Shown piece by piece: positions 8,360-15,763 of a stretch of DNA of 26,942 nucleotides. The position numbers and the translations under genes were made by a program. Under the pieces are notes generated by a model that was not told the DNA's origin, did not search any database, and was given only the letters and a program-made list of their open reading frames with translations. Numbering within the stretch: position 1 is the stretch's first letter; each line of letters begins with the position of its first letter. The stretch is from a virus (taxonomy: Duplodnaviria; Caudoviricetes), in IMG/VR virus record IMGVR_UViG_3300033076_000132, positions 1 through 26,942 of that record; one strand, 5' to 3'.

Positions 8360-9673
8360 CTATCTTGAAATTTCTTCCCAGTCTAGTGCGGCATGAACAT
8401 CTAAAGTATCAACGCCACCTGAAACTGCAAGTGTGAGTGGATAACCACCATCGTTCAAAGCGTCTCTTTCTAATTGGAACTTGAAGAGTGCTTCTTTCAG
8501 AATATCTGTAGGTACTGAGCTTTGAGCGTCCGATGAGAAGTAACCTTGAGCCATTGTTATGCCGCCTGTCACAGTATTGTTTGCAACCATGTTATATTCA
8601 ACGGCCGAATCTGTACCAGCAGATGTAAATGTATTATTGGCCAGTGTTCCGTTTCGAATAACTTTCCAGCAGAATTTGCCGTTATTACCAATACCCATAA
8701 GTGATACTGCTGTAAGAATAACTATAGCATCTTTTCTATCGTCCTTCAAGCGAATTGATGCAACAGCGTAGTTTGTTCCAGCTGTAAACAATCTTGTTGG
8801 TGATGTGATTGGAGTGCCAATTGCTTGTTGAAATCCTCTGAGTTCATAACCACCTTCTGAGATGACGGTCGAACATACCTGCTTCATTGTACTGTTATTG
8901 CCAGTCGGACCGATATTCGTTATTTCATAACGAAGAGGCAACGAAGCTGTTGTCATATATGTTGAAGTAATTCGATTTGCATGATGAAATGAATGGCAAT
9001 GAATAAGCTGACCATCGATAACAAATCCGCAACGGACTGTGCCTAGACCTAACCATTCAACATCTGCAAAGAAGATTTGTGCTTTGCTTAGATCCAATGT
9101 CTTTTGAGATGGGCTAGAATTGACTTCACCTAATAGTGTATCTTGATTCCAATCAGCTTGTGCAACTCTTGTTTCCACTAGAGAACCTGTGGACAATGAT
9201 CTTTCTACAAAATAAATTTCATTGTTGGCCTGTTCCAAGAAGATGCCATTGTTTGCGCCGTAATATCCAACTCTCTGTCGAAGATTGAGTTGTTGTGGCG
9301 CAAAGACAAAGGTGTTCAAAATCTGTAGTGACTTGCCAGGCTGATATGAGAAGACTTTAGTTGTCTCACGAATGATTTCTTGACTTGCTGTTGTAGTCAC
9401 AGCTAGATTGATAAGACCTTCATTTGGAGAAAATGTGATAGTGGTACCAGAACTGTTAGACTGTACCCAAAGACCATTGTCTCTGTATCTATGAGAAGAA
9501 TCGAATAGAGTAAGAGGAGTGGACATTCTAGCTCGGCCGAAAGCATCTGCTGCCATTCCAGTTGGATTAGCTGATCCTACAAGATTGCCGTATTGATCCG
9601 CAAGCATCACAGTTTCAAAAATAGTAGTTTCTTGTGGCAAATATTGATGCGTATCTTTACGGAATTGTGCCAT
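8360..9673 (-). CDS. Conserved hypothetical beta-rich protein, possible virion component
   Basis: 437 aa, Thr/Ser/Asn/Gly rich; DAFGR, YQPGKS, WLGLGTVRCG, LPLRYEI, SEGG blocks that I recognise from uncharacterised viral proteins; late-like box upstream. Confidence 0.6.
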   Translation of the reverse strand: MAQFRKDTHQYLPQETTIFETVMLADQYGNLVGSANPTGMAADAFGRARMSTPLTLFDSSHRYRDNGLWVQSNSSGTTITFSPNEGLINLAVTTTASQEIIRETTKVFSYQPGKSLQILNTFVFAPQQLNLRQRVGYYGANNGIFLEQANNEIYFVERSLSTGSLVETRVAQADWNQDTLLGEVNSSPSQKTLDLSKAQIFFADVEWLGLGTVRCGFVIDGQLIHCHSFHHANRITSTYMTTASLPLRYEITNIGPTGNNSTMKQVCSTVISEGGYELRGFQQAIGTPITSPTRLFTAGTNYAVASIRLKDDRKDAIVILTAVSLMGIGNNGKFCWKVIRNGTLANNTFTSAGTDSAVEYNMVANNTVTGGITMAQGYFSSDAQSSVPTDILKEALFKFQLERDALNDGGYPLTLAVSGGVDTLDVHAALDWEEISR

Positions 9674-9676
9674 GAT

Positions 9677-10081
9677 TTATTCTTCCTTGCGCTTTTTACC
9701 TATGGTATATTTAGTCACTAATTTCCATTCTGACTTCTCTCTATGAGCAATGATTTTGATCTGACTGATTGGAAGTGTAGGAGTTTCTGATTTCTTCTTA
9801 TCGACTAGCTTTAGTAGACCCCACTCCGAAAGCAAGTTTGCAATCGTGTTAAGTCTACCTTTGTCTTCTTCTGAGAAATCGGCTGTCTTTCCATCAAGCA
9901 AAAATAGCTGCTTGAAATGAACCACATAATATTTGCCTTGCTTATGTAGAATGTGACACGATTGATATAGGGTCTTCTCTTTTTTGGATGCTACTCCGAT
10001 ACGAGAAAGAGTTTCCTTTACTTTTAGGAAATCGTCTGGTTCATTTAGTACCACCTCTACTAGATCGCTTATGTTTATCAT
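9677..10081 (-). CDS. regA: Translational repressor RegA
   Basis: DDFLKVKETLSRIGVAS, LYQSCHILHKQGKYYVVHFKQLF; follows gp62 as in T4. Confidence 0.97.
   Translation of the reverse strand: MINISDLVEVVLNEPDDFLKVKETLSRIGVASKKEKTLYQSCHILHKQGKYYVVHFKQLFLLDGKTADFSEEDKGRLNTIANLLSEWGLLKLVDKKKSETPTLPISQIKIIAHREKSEWKLVTKYTIGKKRKEE
9708..9715 (-). promoter_or_regulatory. Possible gp55-dependent late promoter
   Basis: ACTAAATA (TAAATA core) in the regA 3' end, about 35 nt upstream of the ATG at 9673. Confidence 0.45.
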
Positions 10082-10460
10082 TCAAACCGCCTTTTTGTAA
10101 TCTTCTTTTTATCTCTTCGATTTGATCCTTTGAGAGTAAGGACAAAACCTCTTTTGCCCTTTCATTAGAATACTGATAATACTCCTTAATAGCTTCTAGC
10201 CCGTCAATGTCTTCGCGCTTTTGCCATTTCTGAAAAGGTCTTTTATATGATCTTATAGTATTTATAAGATACTGATATTGAAGAAGCGCGTCGGTCGAGG
10301 GATACTGGTTCATCTGATTGGCAGGCATTATCATGTCCAGATGAAAGGATATGGAACGGTTAACGACGAACGGGACATAATCCCGTTCGTTCTCAGCGGT
10401 AACAACTACCTTCTTAGTCTGCTGAATAGAAGGTATGATATCTTTGAATAAGTCAGACAT
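10041..10460 (-). CDS. gp62: Clamp loader small subunit gp62
   Basis: YVPFVVNRSIS, ANQMN, QYQYLINTIR, IKEYYQYSNERAKE, terminal KGG; between gp44 and regA. Start ATG 10460 or GTG 10466. Confidence 0.92.
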   Translation of the reverse strand: MSDLFKDIIPSIQQTKKVVVTAENERDYVPFVVNRSISFHLDMIMPANQMNQYPSTDALLQYQYLINTIRSYKRPFQKWQKREDIDGLEAIKEYYQYSNERAKEVLSLLSKDQIEEIKRRLQKGGLNDKHKRSSRGGTK

Positions 10461-11388
10461 ACTCACAATCCACCATAAGTTCGGTAAGACAAGCTACCAA
10501 ATTGATTTCTTGATCCGCAACAAAAGCTGCCTGATATTGATAACGAGAGATAACCACAACAGCTTGTGGAATACTCTCAGGCTTGAAGTATTCATACAGA
10601 CTATCATAGACCTTGCGATAGATACGCGCAGGCTCAATATCGGAATTGGCTACACACCACTTTCGCATTTCACCAAAGTTCTTGTCCTTCAAATGCTTGA
10701 CTAGATCACTTATCTTCCTAACATCTGACAACTGTGCAACAATACCTGCGTCAAGACTACCAGAAGAGGAGTAACGCTGTAACTCATTAAGAGTACGGCG
10801 GTAGTCAGGAAAATACTTTTCGATGATCTTGGCCAGAACCGCTTTATCATAAGTCACATTTTCCTGTGTTAGAATATTTTCCATGCGCTTCATCAACTGC
10901 ATGGCCATCTTTGCCTTCTCATCATTCTTCAAAGCGAAGTCAATGACAGAACACCGAGAATGAATAGCATCAATCAGCTTAGACTTGAAGTTACAAGTGA
11001 AGATGAAAGTGCAATTGGCTGAAAACTCTTCGATGGCACCACGCATTGCAGCCTGTGCTTCTGGAGTCATGTAGTCAGCTTCGTCTAGGATGATGACTTT
11101 GCGGCCGCCAGTCAAAGACACAGTAGATGCATACCCGCGAATAGTTGTTCGCAGCGTATCAATACCACGATTTTCCGAAGCGTTGATATACAGATGATTG
11201 ATACCAATCTCTTCACACATTGCTCTCGCTACGGTCGTCTTACCAACACCAGCAGAACCTGTGAGCATGAGATTGGGAATGGTATCACTATCTACATATT
11301 CCTGAAAAGGCTTTTTCAAGCGATCAGGAAGAATGCAGTCTGCGATAGTCTTCGGACGATACTTTTCTACCCACAGAAACTCAGACAT
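10453..11388 (-). CDS. gp44: Clamp loader large subunit gp44 (AAA+)
   Basis: LWVEKYRP, GSAGVGKTT, IILDEAD, SRC motif, FPDYRR, DQEIN. Start at ATG 11388 (TAATG overlap). Confidence 0.97.
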   Translation of the reverse strand: MSEFLWVEKYRPKTIADCILPDRLKKPFQEYVDSDTIPNLMLTGSAGVGKTTVARAMCEEIGINHLYINASENRGIDTLRTTIRGYASTVSLTGGRKVIILDEADYMTPEAQAAMRGAIEEFSANCTFIFTCNFKSKLIDAIHSRCSVIDFALKNDEKAKMAMQLMKRMENILTQENVTYDKAVLAKIIEKYFPDYRRTLNELQRYSSSGSLDAGIVAQLSDVRKISDLVKHLKDKNFGEMRKWCVANSDIEPARIYRKVYDSLYEYFKPESIPQAVVVISRYQYQAAFVADQEINLVACLTELMVDCEYV

Positions 11389-11591
11389 TACTTTCTCTTT
11401 CTCCACTTAAAACCAAAACATAATTCTTGCATCTTACGGTGAAACCAATTTGGTTCTTTACCCTCTGCAACTGTGAGAGTTAGACCATATGGTCCCTCCG
11501 TAAGATGACATTGCCACTTGGAAAGTTTTGGCATAGAAGATATGGTAAGAGACGAATCTTCTATGACATACTTTTTCCAGTCTTCGGTCAC
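11388..11591 (-). CDS. Hypothetical protein (67 aa)
   Basis: Fills the gap exactly with GTGA and TAATG overlaps; PNWFHRKMQ..FGFKW tail. Confidence 0.7.
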   Translation of the reverse strand: MTEDWKKYVIEDSSLTISSMPKLSKWQCHLTEGPYGLTLTVAEGKEPNWFHRKMQELCFGFKWRKRK

Positions 11592-11872
11592 TTCATCACA
11601 CCGTCATAGAACTCTTCAAACTGACGGTTCTCTTCTTGTTCTTCAGCGTAGTTAGACTTGAAGTAGACCTTAGCCATACGCCGAACAATCTTCTTATCAA
11701 CGCCAGTCTTATCGCTGATAGCGTTGATAGTGTCCTTCTGAAAGTCACGTTCAGCAGCCACTCGCGTCATACTATCATTCAATTCACGAATAGCATTCTT
11801 GAGTTCGGTCTTCTGCTGATCAGTAAGAGCATTGATACTCACAAAAGGCTGATTGTGTCCGATGTTAGCCAT
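11588..11872 (-). CDS. dsbA: T4 DsbA-like dsDNA-binding protein (GapR-related)
   Basis: Helical 94 aa: AIRELNDSMTR...KDTI...GVDKKIVRRMAKVYFK...FEEFYD pattern. Confidence 0.75.
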   Translation of the reverse strand: MANIGHNQPFVSINALTDQQKTELKNAIRELNDSMTRVAAERDFQKDTINAISDKTGVDKKIVRRMAKVYFKSNYAEEQEENRQFEEFYDGVMK

Positions 11873-12525
11873 TACTTGGTCTCCAGTGCGATGAAATACT
11901 TGATCTTGGCGTTCTTAGAAACGAACTTGGCAAATGCACCAAGCTGGATTTCCACATCATAATCGCCAGCGATTAGCTTGATGTTATCGGTCTTGAATGA
12001 TGCGGAGAAATCTTCTCCTGCATAATCATTCAGCTTGAACGAAGCATGATTAGATGTATCGTTTGCCTTTTCATGAGTCTGCAAACGAATTTCTCCATTC
12101 TTACCGACAACGGAAAGATGAGTGAGATTGTTCATTGCAGCCAGCTTGAGAAGCTTAGAAAGAATGGCATTCGTCAGCGTGAAGCTAACATCGACCTGCT
12201 TCAACTTGAGTTCCTTATCGGGCGGCGATACGATGAGATTAGGAGAACAAGAATAATAGCTGAAGGCAATCTCGCCATCATTCATCATTACTGCCTTGTC
12301 ATCAAAAGTCAGATCGGGATTACCGAGAGTGGTAACATTACCAAGGAACTGGTTCAGATCATAGATACCGAACTGTTCGGGAATAGCGTCTTCAAGTTCA
12401 GCTTCCACAAGAATGGACTTCTCGGGAGAGATGGTCTTTTGAACATTACCCTTCTGCAATACAATACCAGAATTGATCGCGGAAAAGTTCTTCAATACGC
12501 TAAGGGTATTTTCACTCAGTTTCAT
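11872..12525 (-). CDS. gp45: Sliding clamp gp45
   Basis: MKLSENTLSVLKNFSAINSGI, FGIYDLNQFL, C-terminal YFIALE. Confidence 0.96.
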   Translation of the reverse strand: MKLSENTLSVLKNFSAINSGIVLQKGNVQKTISPEKSILVEAELEDAIPEQFGIYDLNQFLGNVTTLGNPDLTFDDKAVMMNDGEIAFSYYSCSPNLIVSPPDKELKLKQVDVSFTLTNAILSKLLKLAAMNNLTHLSVVGKNGEIRLQTHEKANDTSNHASFKLNDYAGEDFSASFKTDNIKLIAGDYDVEIQLGAFAKFVSKNAKIKYFIALETK

Positions 12526-12551
12526 AATATACTCCGTGTTGGGAATTTTGT

Positions 12552-13193
12552 TTACGCTGCTAGTATAGCAGGGTTTTTCGGACCTGTAAAGACCTTAATC
12601 ATGTGTTCAATGTCAGCTTCCAGCATAGAGATGGCACCGACATTATCAAGCTGGTAATCAGTCGGATGACCGATCCATGCCCATTCAGAATAGTGAATGG
12701 AATAATCACTCATGAGATCCGAGTTACCTTCAAGATTGGCTCTCTTGGCAGTTTCATACCATTCAGGATCATTACCGCGACGAACACGAACGATGAAGCC
12801 GCCCATATTCTGAATGATCTTCATTTCGTTCGGAAAACGAACGTCTGGAATAACAACGTTCTTGTACATTCCAATCTTGCGTTCGGCTGAGAGAACCCAC
12901 AAGTCATCATGAATAACATCACGACCAGCTTCCGTTCCTAGCTTCTGCAACATGTTTCTAGGAGTAATGTATAGCCCAGTCTTCTCAGACCACCATTCAT
13001 CCTTCGTCTCACGAAACTCTCTGCTCTCATCGGTATCACCTTCAAGAAGGGCTCGCGGCCATCCGAAGATGGCCGCTGTAGCATCCTTCAATGAGTCTGC
13101 AAAAGAGATTTTCGTGAAGTCTTTTTTATTCACAAGGATATCAGCAACAGTGCCTTTACCCGAACCAATAAAGCCGACAACACCAATAATCAT
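12552..13193 (-). CDS. gp1: Deoxynucleoside monophosphate kinase (T4 gp1-like)
   Basis: GFIGSGKGT P-loop, SFADSLKD, TPRNMLQKLGTEAGR, DVRFPNE, HYSE. Confidence 0.93.
   Translation of the reverse strand: MIIGVVGFIGSGKGTVADILVNKKDFTKISFADSLKDATAAIFGWPRALLEGDTDESREFRETKDEWWSEKTGLYITPRNMLQKLGTEAGRDVIHDDLWVLSAERKIGMYKNVVIPDVRFPNEMKIIQNMGGFIVRVRRGNDPEWYETAKRANLEGNSDLMSDYSIHYSEWAWIGHPTDYQLDNVGAISMLEADIEHMIKVFTGPKNPAILAA
12562..12590 (-). promoter_or_regulatory. Sigma70-type promoter for gp45 inside the kinase 3' end
   Basis: TTTACA, 17 nt, TATACT with extended -10 TGn. Confidence 0.65.
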
Positions 13194-13194
13194 A

Positions 13195-14088
13195 TTAGAG
13201 ATTTCCTGTCAATGCTGCAATCTTGTTCATGTCACCACTAAAGGCATATGTACCGATGTGCTGAGTCTTCATCCATGGGCACAACCAAATGCTGCCGCCG
13301 ATCTTTCTCCAATACTGGCAGAACATATAGTCTTCCGAAAGATATCGATGAGAAGCATTCTTTTCAATCTCAAGAAGTTCCTTCGCTCTCGCAGAAACGT
13401 CAACACCCTTTGCGGCATCTTCCATAAGACGGTGCATGTCATCGAAGGTGTAGTTCAAATCAATGACAGTATCAAAGTATGCGTGAATGTAGCGTGAGCC
13501 ATCAAAGTTGGCTTGACCAACGTGATCGGGACGATAGTTGAGCTTCGGATATGCTTCCTTAAACTTATCAAAAACGTGACGCTTGATAAGCATAAAGCCC
13601 GTACCAATTTCCATTACTTCAAGGGGTTCAGAAACATTGAACTGCTTGGTGCCAGGAACAGGATTGAAGACATAATCACCGACAAGACCTTCAAGTTCCA
13701 TCGGATTGATTCCTGGATTCTTACCAGCAGCCCGTGCAATGTTGCCCCAGTTGATAGACTTCTTCGGATACGGTGCACCGATTACATCCTTATCAAGGGC
13801 AATGAGAGCTAGAATGTCCTGCGGATCATAATGAATATCGGAGTCAATGAACAGCATATGAGTAAAGCCCGAACGAAGAAACTCATCGACAAGATAATTG
13901 CGGGCGCGTGTGATTAGAGATTCGTTGAAAAGAAATGAGAAGCGGCATTCAATACCGTACTGCATACACATAGCTTGAAGATCAAGAGATGCTTTCATGT
14001 AAAGACCGTGATTGTTGCCGCCATACATAGGTGTAGCAACGAACAGCTTACACTTTCTCAACTCTTCAACTTTGATTGATAGTTCCAT
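13195..14088 (-). CDS. Putative GT-A glycosyltransferase
   Basis: LFVATPMYGG, ESLITRARN, MLFIDSDI (DxD), GTGFMLIKRHVF, YLSEDYMFC. Confidence 0.8.
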   Translation of the reverse strand: MELSIKVEELRKCKLFVATPMYGGNNHGLYMKASLDLQAMCMQYGIECRFSFLFNESLITRARNYLVDEFLRSGFTHMLFIDSDIHYDPQDILALIALDKDVIGAPYPKKSINWGNIARAAGKNPGINPMELEGLVGDYVFNPVPGTKQFNVSEPLEVMEIGTGFMLIKRHVFDKFKEAYPKLNYRPDHVGQANFDGSRYIHAYFDTVIDLNYTFDDMHRLMEDAAKGVDVSARAKELLEIEKNASHRYLSEDYMFCQYWRKIGGSIWLCPWMKTQHIGTYAFSGDMNKIAALTGNL

Positions 14089-14104
14089 ATTACAACTCCA
14101 TAAT

Positions 14105-14142
14105 AAAAAAGGGGAAGGACACTACTATATAGTATCCCTCCC
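14105..14142 (-). terminator. Intrinsic terminator after the wHTH gene
   Basis: 13-bp stem GGGAGGGATACTA/TAGTGTCCTTCCC (two G-U), 5-nt loop, then C and 6 T. Confidence 0.75.
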
Positions 14143-14153
14143 GTTAGAGTCAA
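14124..14153 (-). promoter_or_regulatory. Promoter nested in the terminator, driving the GT and dNMP kinase genes
   Basis: TTGACT (14153-14148), 18 nt, TATAGT (14129-14124); the -10 lies in the hairpin loop. Confidence 0.55.
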
Positions 14154-14158
14154 GTCAA

Positions 14159-14371
14159 TTAGGCTGCAAAACGATAATACATCTTGCGCTTACCATTTAC
14201 CTTGCGATAGTTGCTGTAAATCTTATGCCCTTCCATGTTGCGAAGATCATAAACTCGCTTACTAACGCTGGCCTTTGGCACTCCAGTCAAACGAGCAATC
14301 TGGGCAACAGTGATACCTGCACCCTTGTTGTTTGAACGAAGAACCTTGGCAACCTTACGAATCTGAGACAT
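14159..14371 (-). CDS. Small winged helix-turn-helix DNA-binding protein
   Basis: ITVAQIARLTGVPKASVSKRVYDLR HTH followed by a basic beta-hairpin wing; GGAG SD. Confidence 0.8.
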   Translation of the reverse strand: MSQIRKVAKVLRSNNKGAGITVAQIARLTGVPKASVSKRVYDLRNMEGHKIYSNYRKVNGKRKMYYRFAA

Positions 14372-14392
14372 TCAATAACTCCATAATGAAAT

Positions 14393-14444
14393 GACCGCTT
14401 TGTTGGACAGACACTATGGCGCGGTCGTCTACCATAGTGTCTGT
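14393..14444 (-). promoter_or_regulatory. Structured 5' leader, predicted H-type pseudoknot
   Basis: Perfect 13-bp stem (14407-14419 / 14432-14444); loop GACCGC complementary to downstream GCGGTC (14398-14393). Confidence 0.6.
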
Positions 14445-14445
14445 T

Positions 14446-14474
14446 ATTATACATCAGGTGTTACCCAATGTCAA
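14446..14474 (-). promoter_or_regulatory. Consensus sigma70 promoter for the wHTH gene
   Basis: TTGACA, 17 nt, TATAAT (perfect match). Confidence 0.9.
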
Positions 14475-15701
14475 TTAGAAAGCGATTTCGTCATCGACAG
14501 GAACCTTGGTCGTTTCAGCTTCAACCGTCGGCTTCGCACCGATAGTGTCATCAAGCTTGGCATAGAGGTCGTAGAAGCCATTCTTGGTATCCACGTCGAA
14601 GCGGTTCAGACAAAGACGGATAGCCTTCTCACGATCCTGACCGAAGATTGCGAAGGCTTCGCAAATGTGGACCAGTCGGCGAGTCGAGATAATATCAGAC
14701 ACGGCACCATCGTAGAACGCCTTGCGGATCATGTCAGCCCAGTTGACCAGCTTGTCCACAAAGTCCTTGTTTTCAATGCCAGAAGCACCGAGAACATTGT
14801 TCAGGATCTTGGCTTCGGTCTTGAGCGGCGGATATTCTTGCTCAAAGGTGATGGAGAAACGCTCAAGGAAAGCTTCATTCATCACGTTGGTACCGATGAA
14901 GCGACCATCGTCCGAACCCTTACCCTTGGTGTTAGCTGTGGCAAGAATGTTGAAGCCAGGCGCAGGCGTGATCACGCGGTTGATCTTCTTGAGATAGATC
15001 GGCTTACCTTCAAGGACAGGCTGGAGACACATAAGCTTGGCGTCACCAAGATCAACCTCGTCAAGGAGCAGAATTGCGCCACGTTCCATGGCCACGATAA
15101 CAGGACCGTTCTGCCAGACAGTCTTACCGTCGATAAGACGGAAGCCACCGATCAGGTCATCTTCATCGGTTTCCTTCGTGATATTGGCGCGAACCATCTC
15201 ACGACCTTCCTGGGCACAAATCTGTTCAATCATGAGGGTCTTACCGTTACCAGACAGACCAGTCACATAAGTCGGATAAAACTTACCAGACTTGATGATC
15301 ATGCGAACGTCAGGGAAGTGACCGAAGGGAACATAACCCTTCGCCTTAGACGGCACCAGAGAGATTTCACTAGAGGCATGAAGCGCCATCGCCATGTCGG
15401 CGTGATTAGACACTTCGGTAACCTGAGCCACAGGCACAGCCGAAGCAATCTCAGCCGCAGGGATGGTCTTAGACTTGACAGGCTTTGCTTCGGTCTTGGA
15501 CTTGGACATATCAACATCTTCCAGAGAGTAAACACCACGACCGATACGAACGGCATCATTCTTGGTCAACCACAGCGGATCCTTAAGACCATACTTCGCC
15601 ATAATGTCAAAAACCTGAGCGCGGGTAATGGTAGTAACATTACCGAGTTCGGTCTTGATGGCGTTGAGGAACGGGGTCTTGTCAACGGGGCGCTTAGCCA
15701 T
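14475..15701 (-). CDS. cobS: CobS-like MoxR-family AAA+ ATPase
   Basis: GLSGNGKT, LLLDE, ATANTKGKG, NEAFLERF, ISTRRL. Start moved to ATG 15701 (MAKRP), downstream of its promoter and AAGGAA SD. Confidence 0.9.
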   Translation of the reverse strand: MAKRPVDKTPFLNAIKTELGNVTTITRAQVFDIMAKYGLKDPLWLTKNDAVRIGRGVYSLEDVDMSKSKTEAKPVKSKTIPAAEIASAVPVAQVTEVSNHADMAMALHASSEISLVPSKAKGYVPFGHFPDVRMIIKSGKFYPTYVTGLSGNGKTLMIEQICAQEGREMVRANITKETDEDDLIGGFRLIDGKTVWQNGPVIVAMERGAILLLDEVDLGDAKLMCLQPVLEGKPIYLKKINRVITPAPGFNILATANTKGKGSDDGRFIGTNVMNEAFLERFSITFEQEYPPLKTEAKILNNVLGASGIENKDFVDKLVNWADMIRKAFYDGAVSDIISTRRLVHICEAFAIFGQDREKAIRLCLNRFDVDTKNGFYDLYAKLDDTIGAKPTVEAETTKVPVDDEIAF

Positions 15702-15735
15702 AGTAGGAACTTTCCTTTTCACAGTTTGTAGGAAT

Positions 15736-15763
15736 ATTATAAACGGATTGGAGGGAATGTCAA
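15736..15763 (-). promoter_or_regulatory. Sigma70 promoter for cobS
   Basis: TTGACA (contains upstream TGA stop), 16 nt, TATAAT. Confidence 0.85.

Noticed and set aside
12046-13497. Plus-strand ORFs of 203 and 181 aa and other short antisense ORFs
   Set aside because: They overlap well-supported minus-strand genes and show no motifs.
14391-15731. 446-aa plus-strand ORF
   Set aside because: Antisense shadow of cobS in a GC-richer, codon-biased region; no recognisable motifs.
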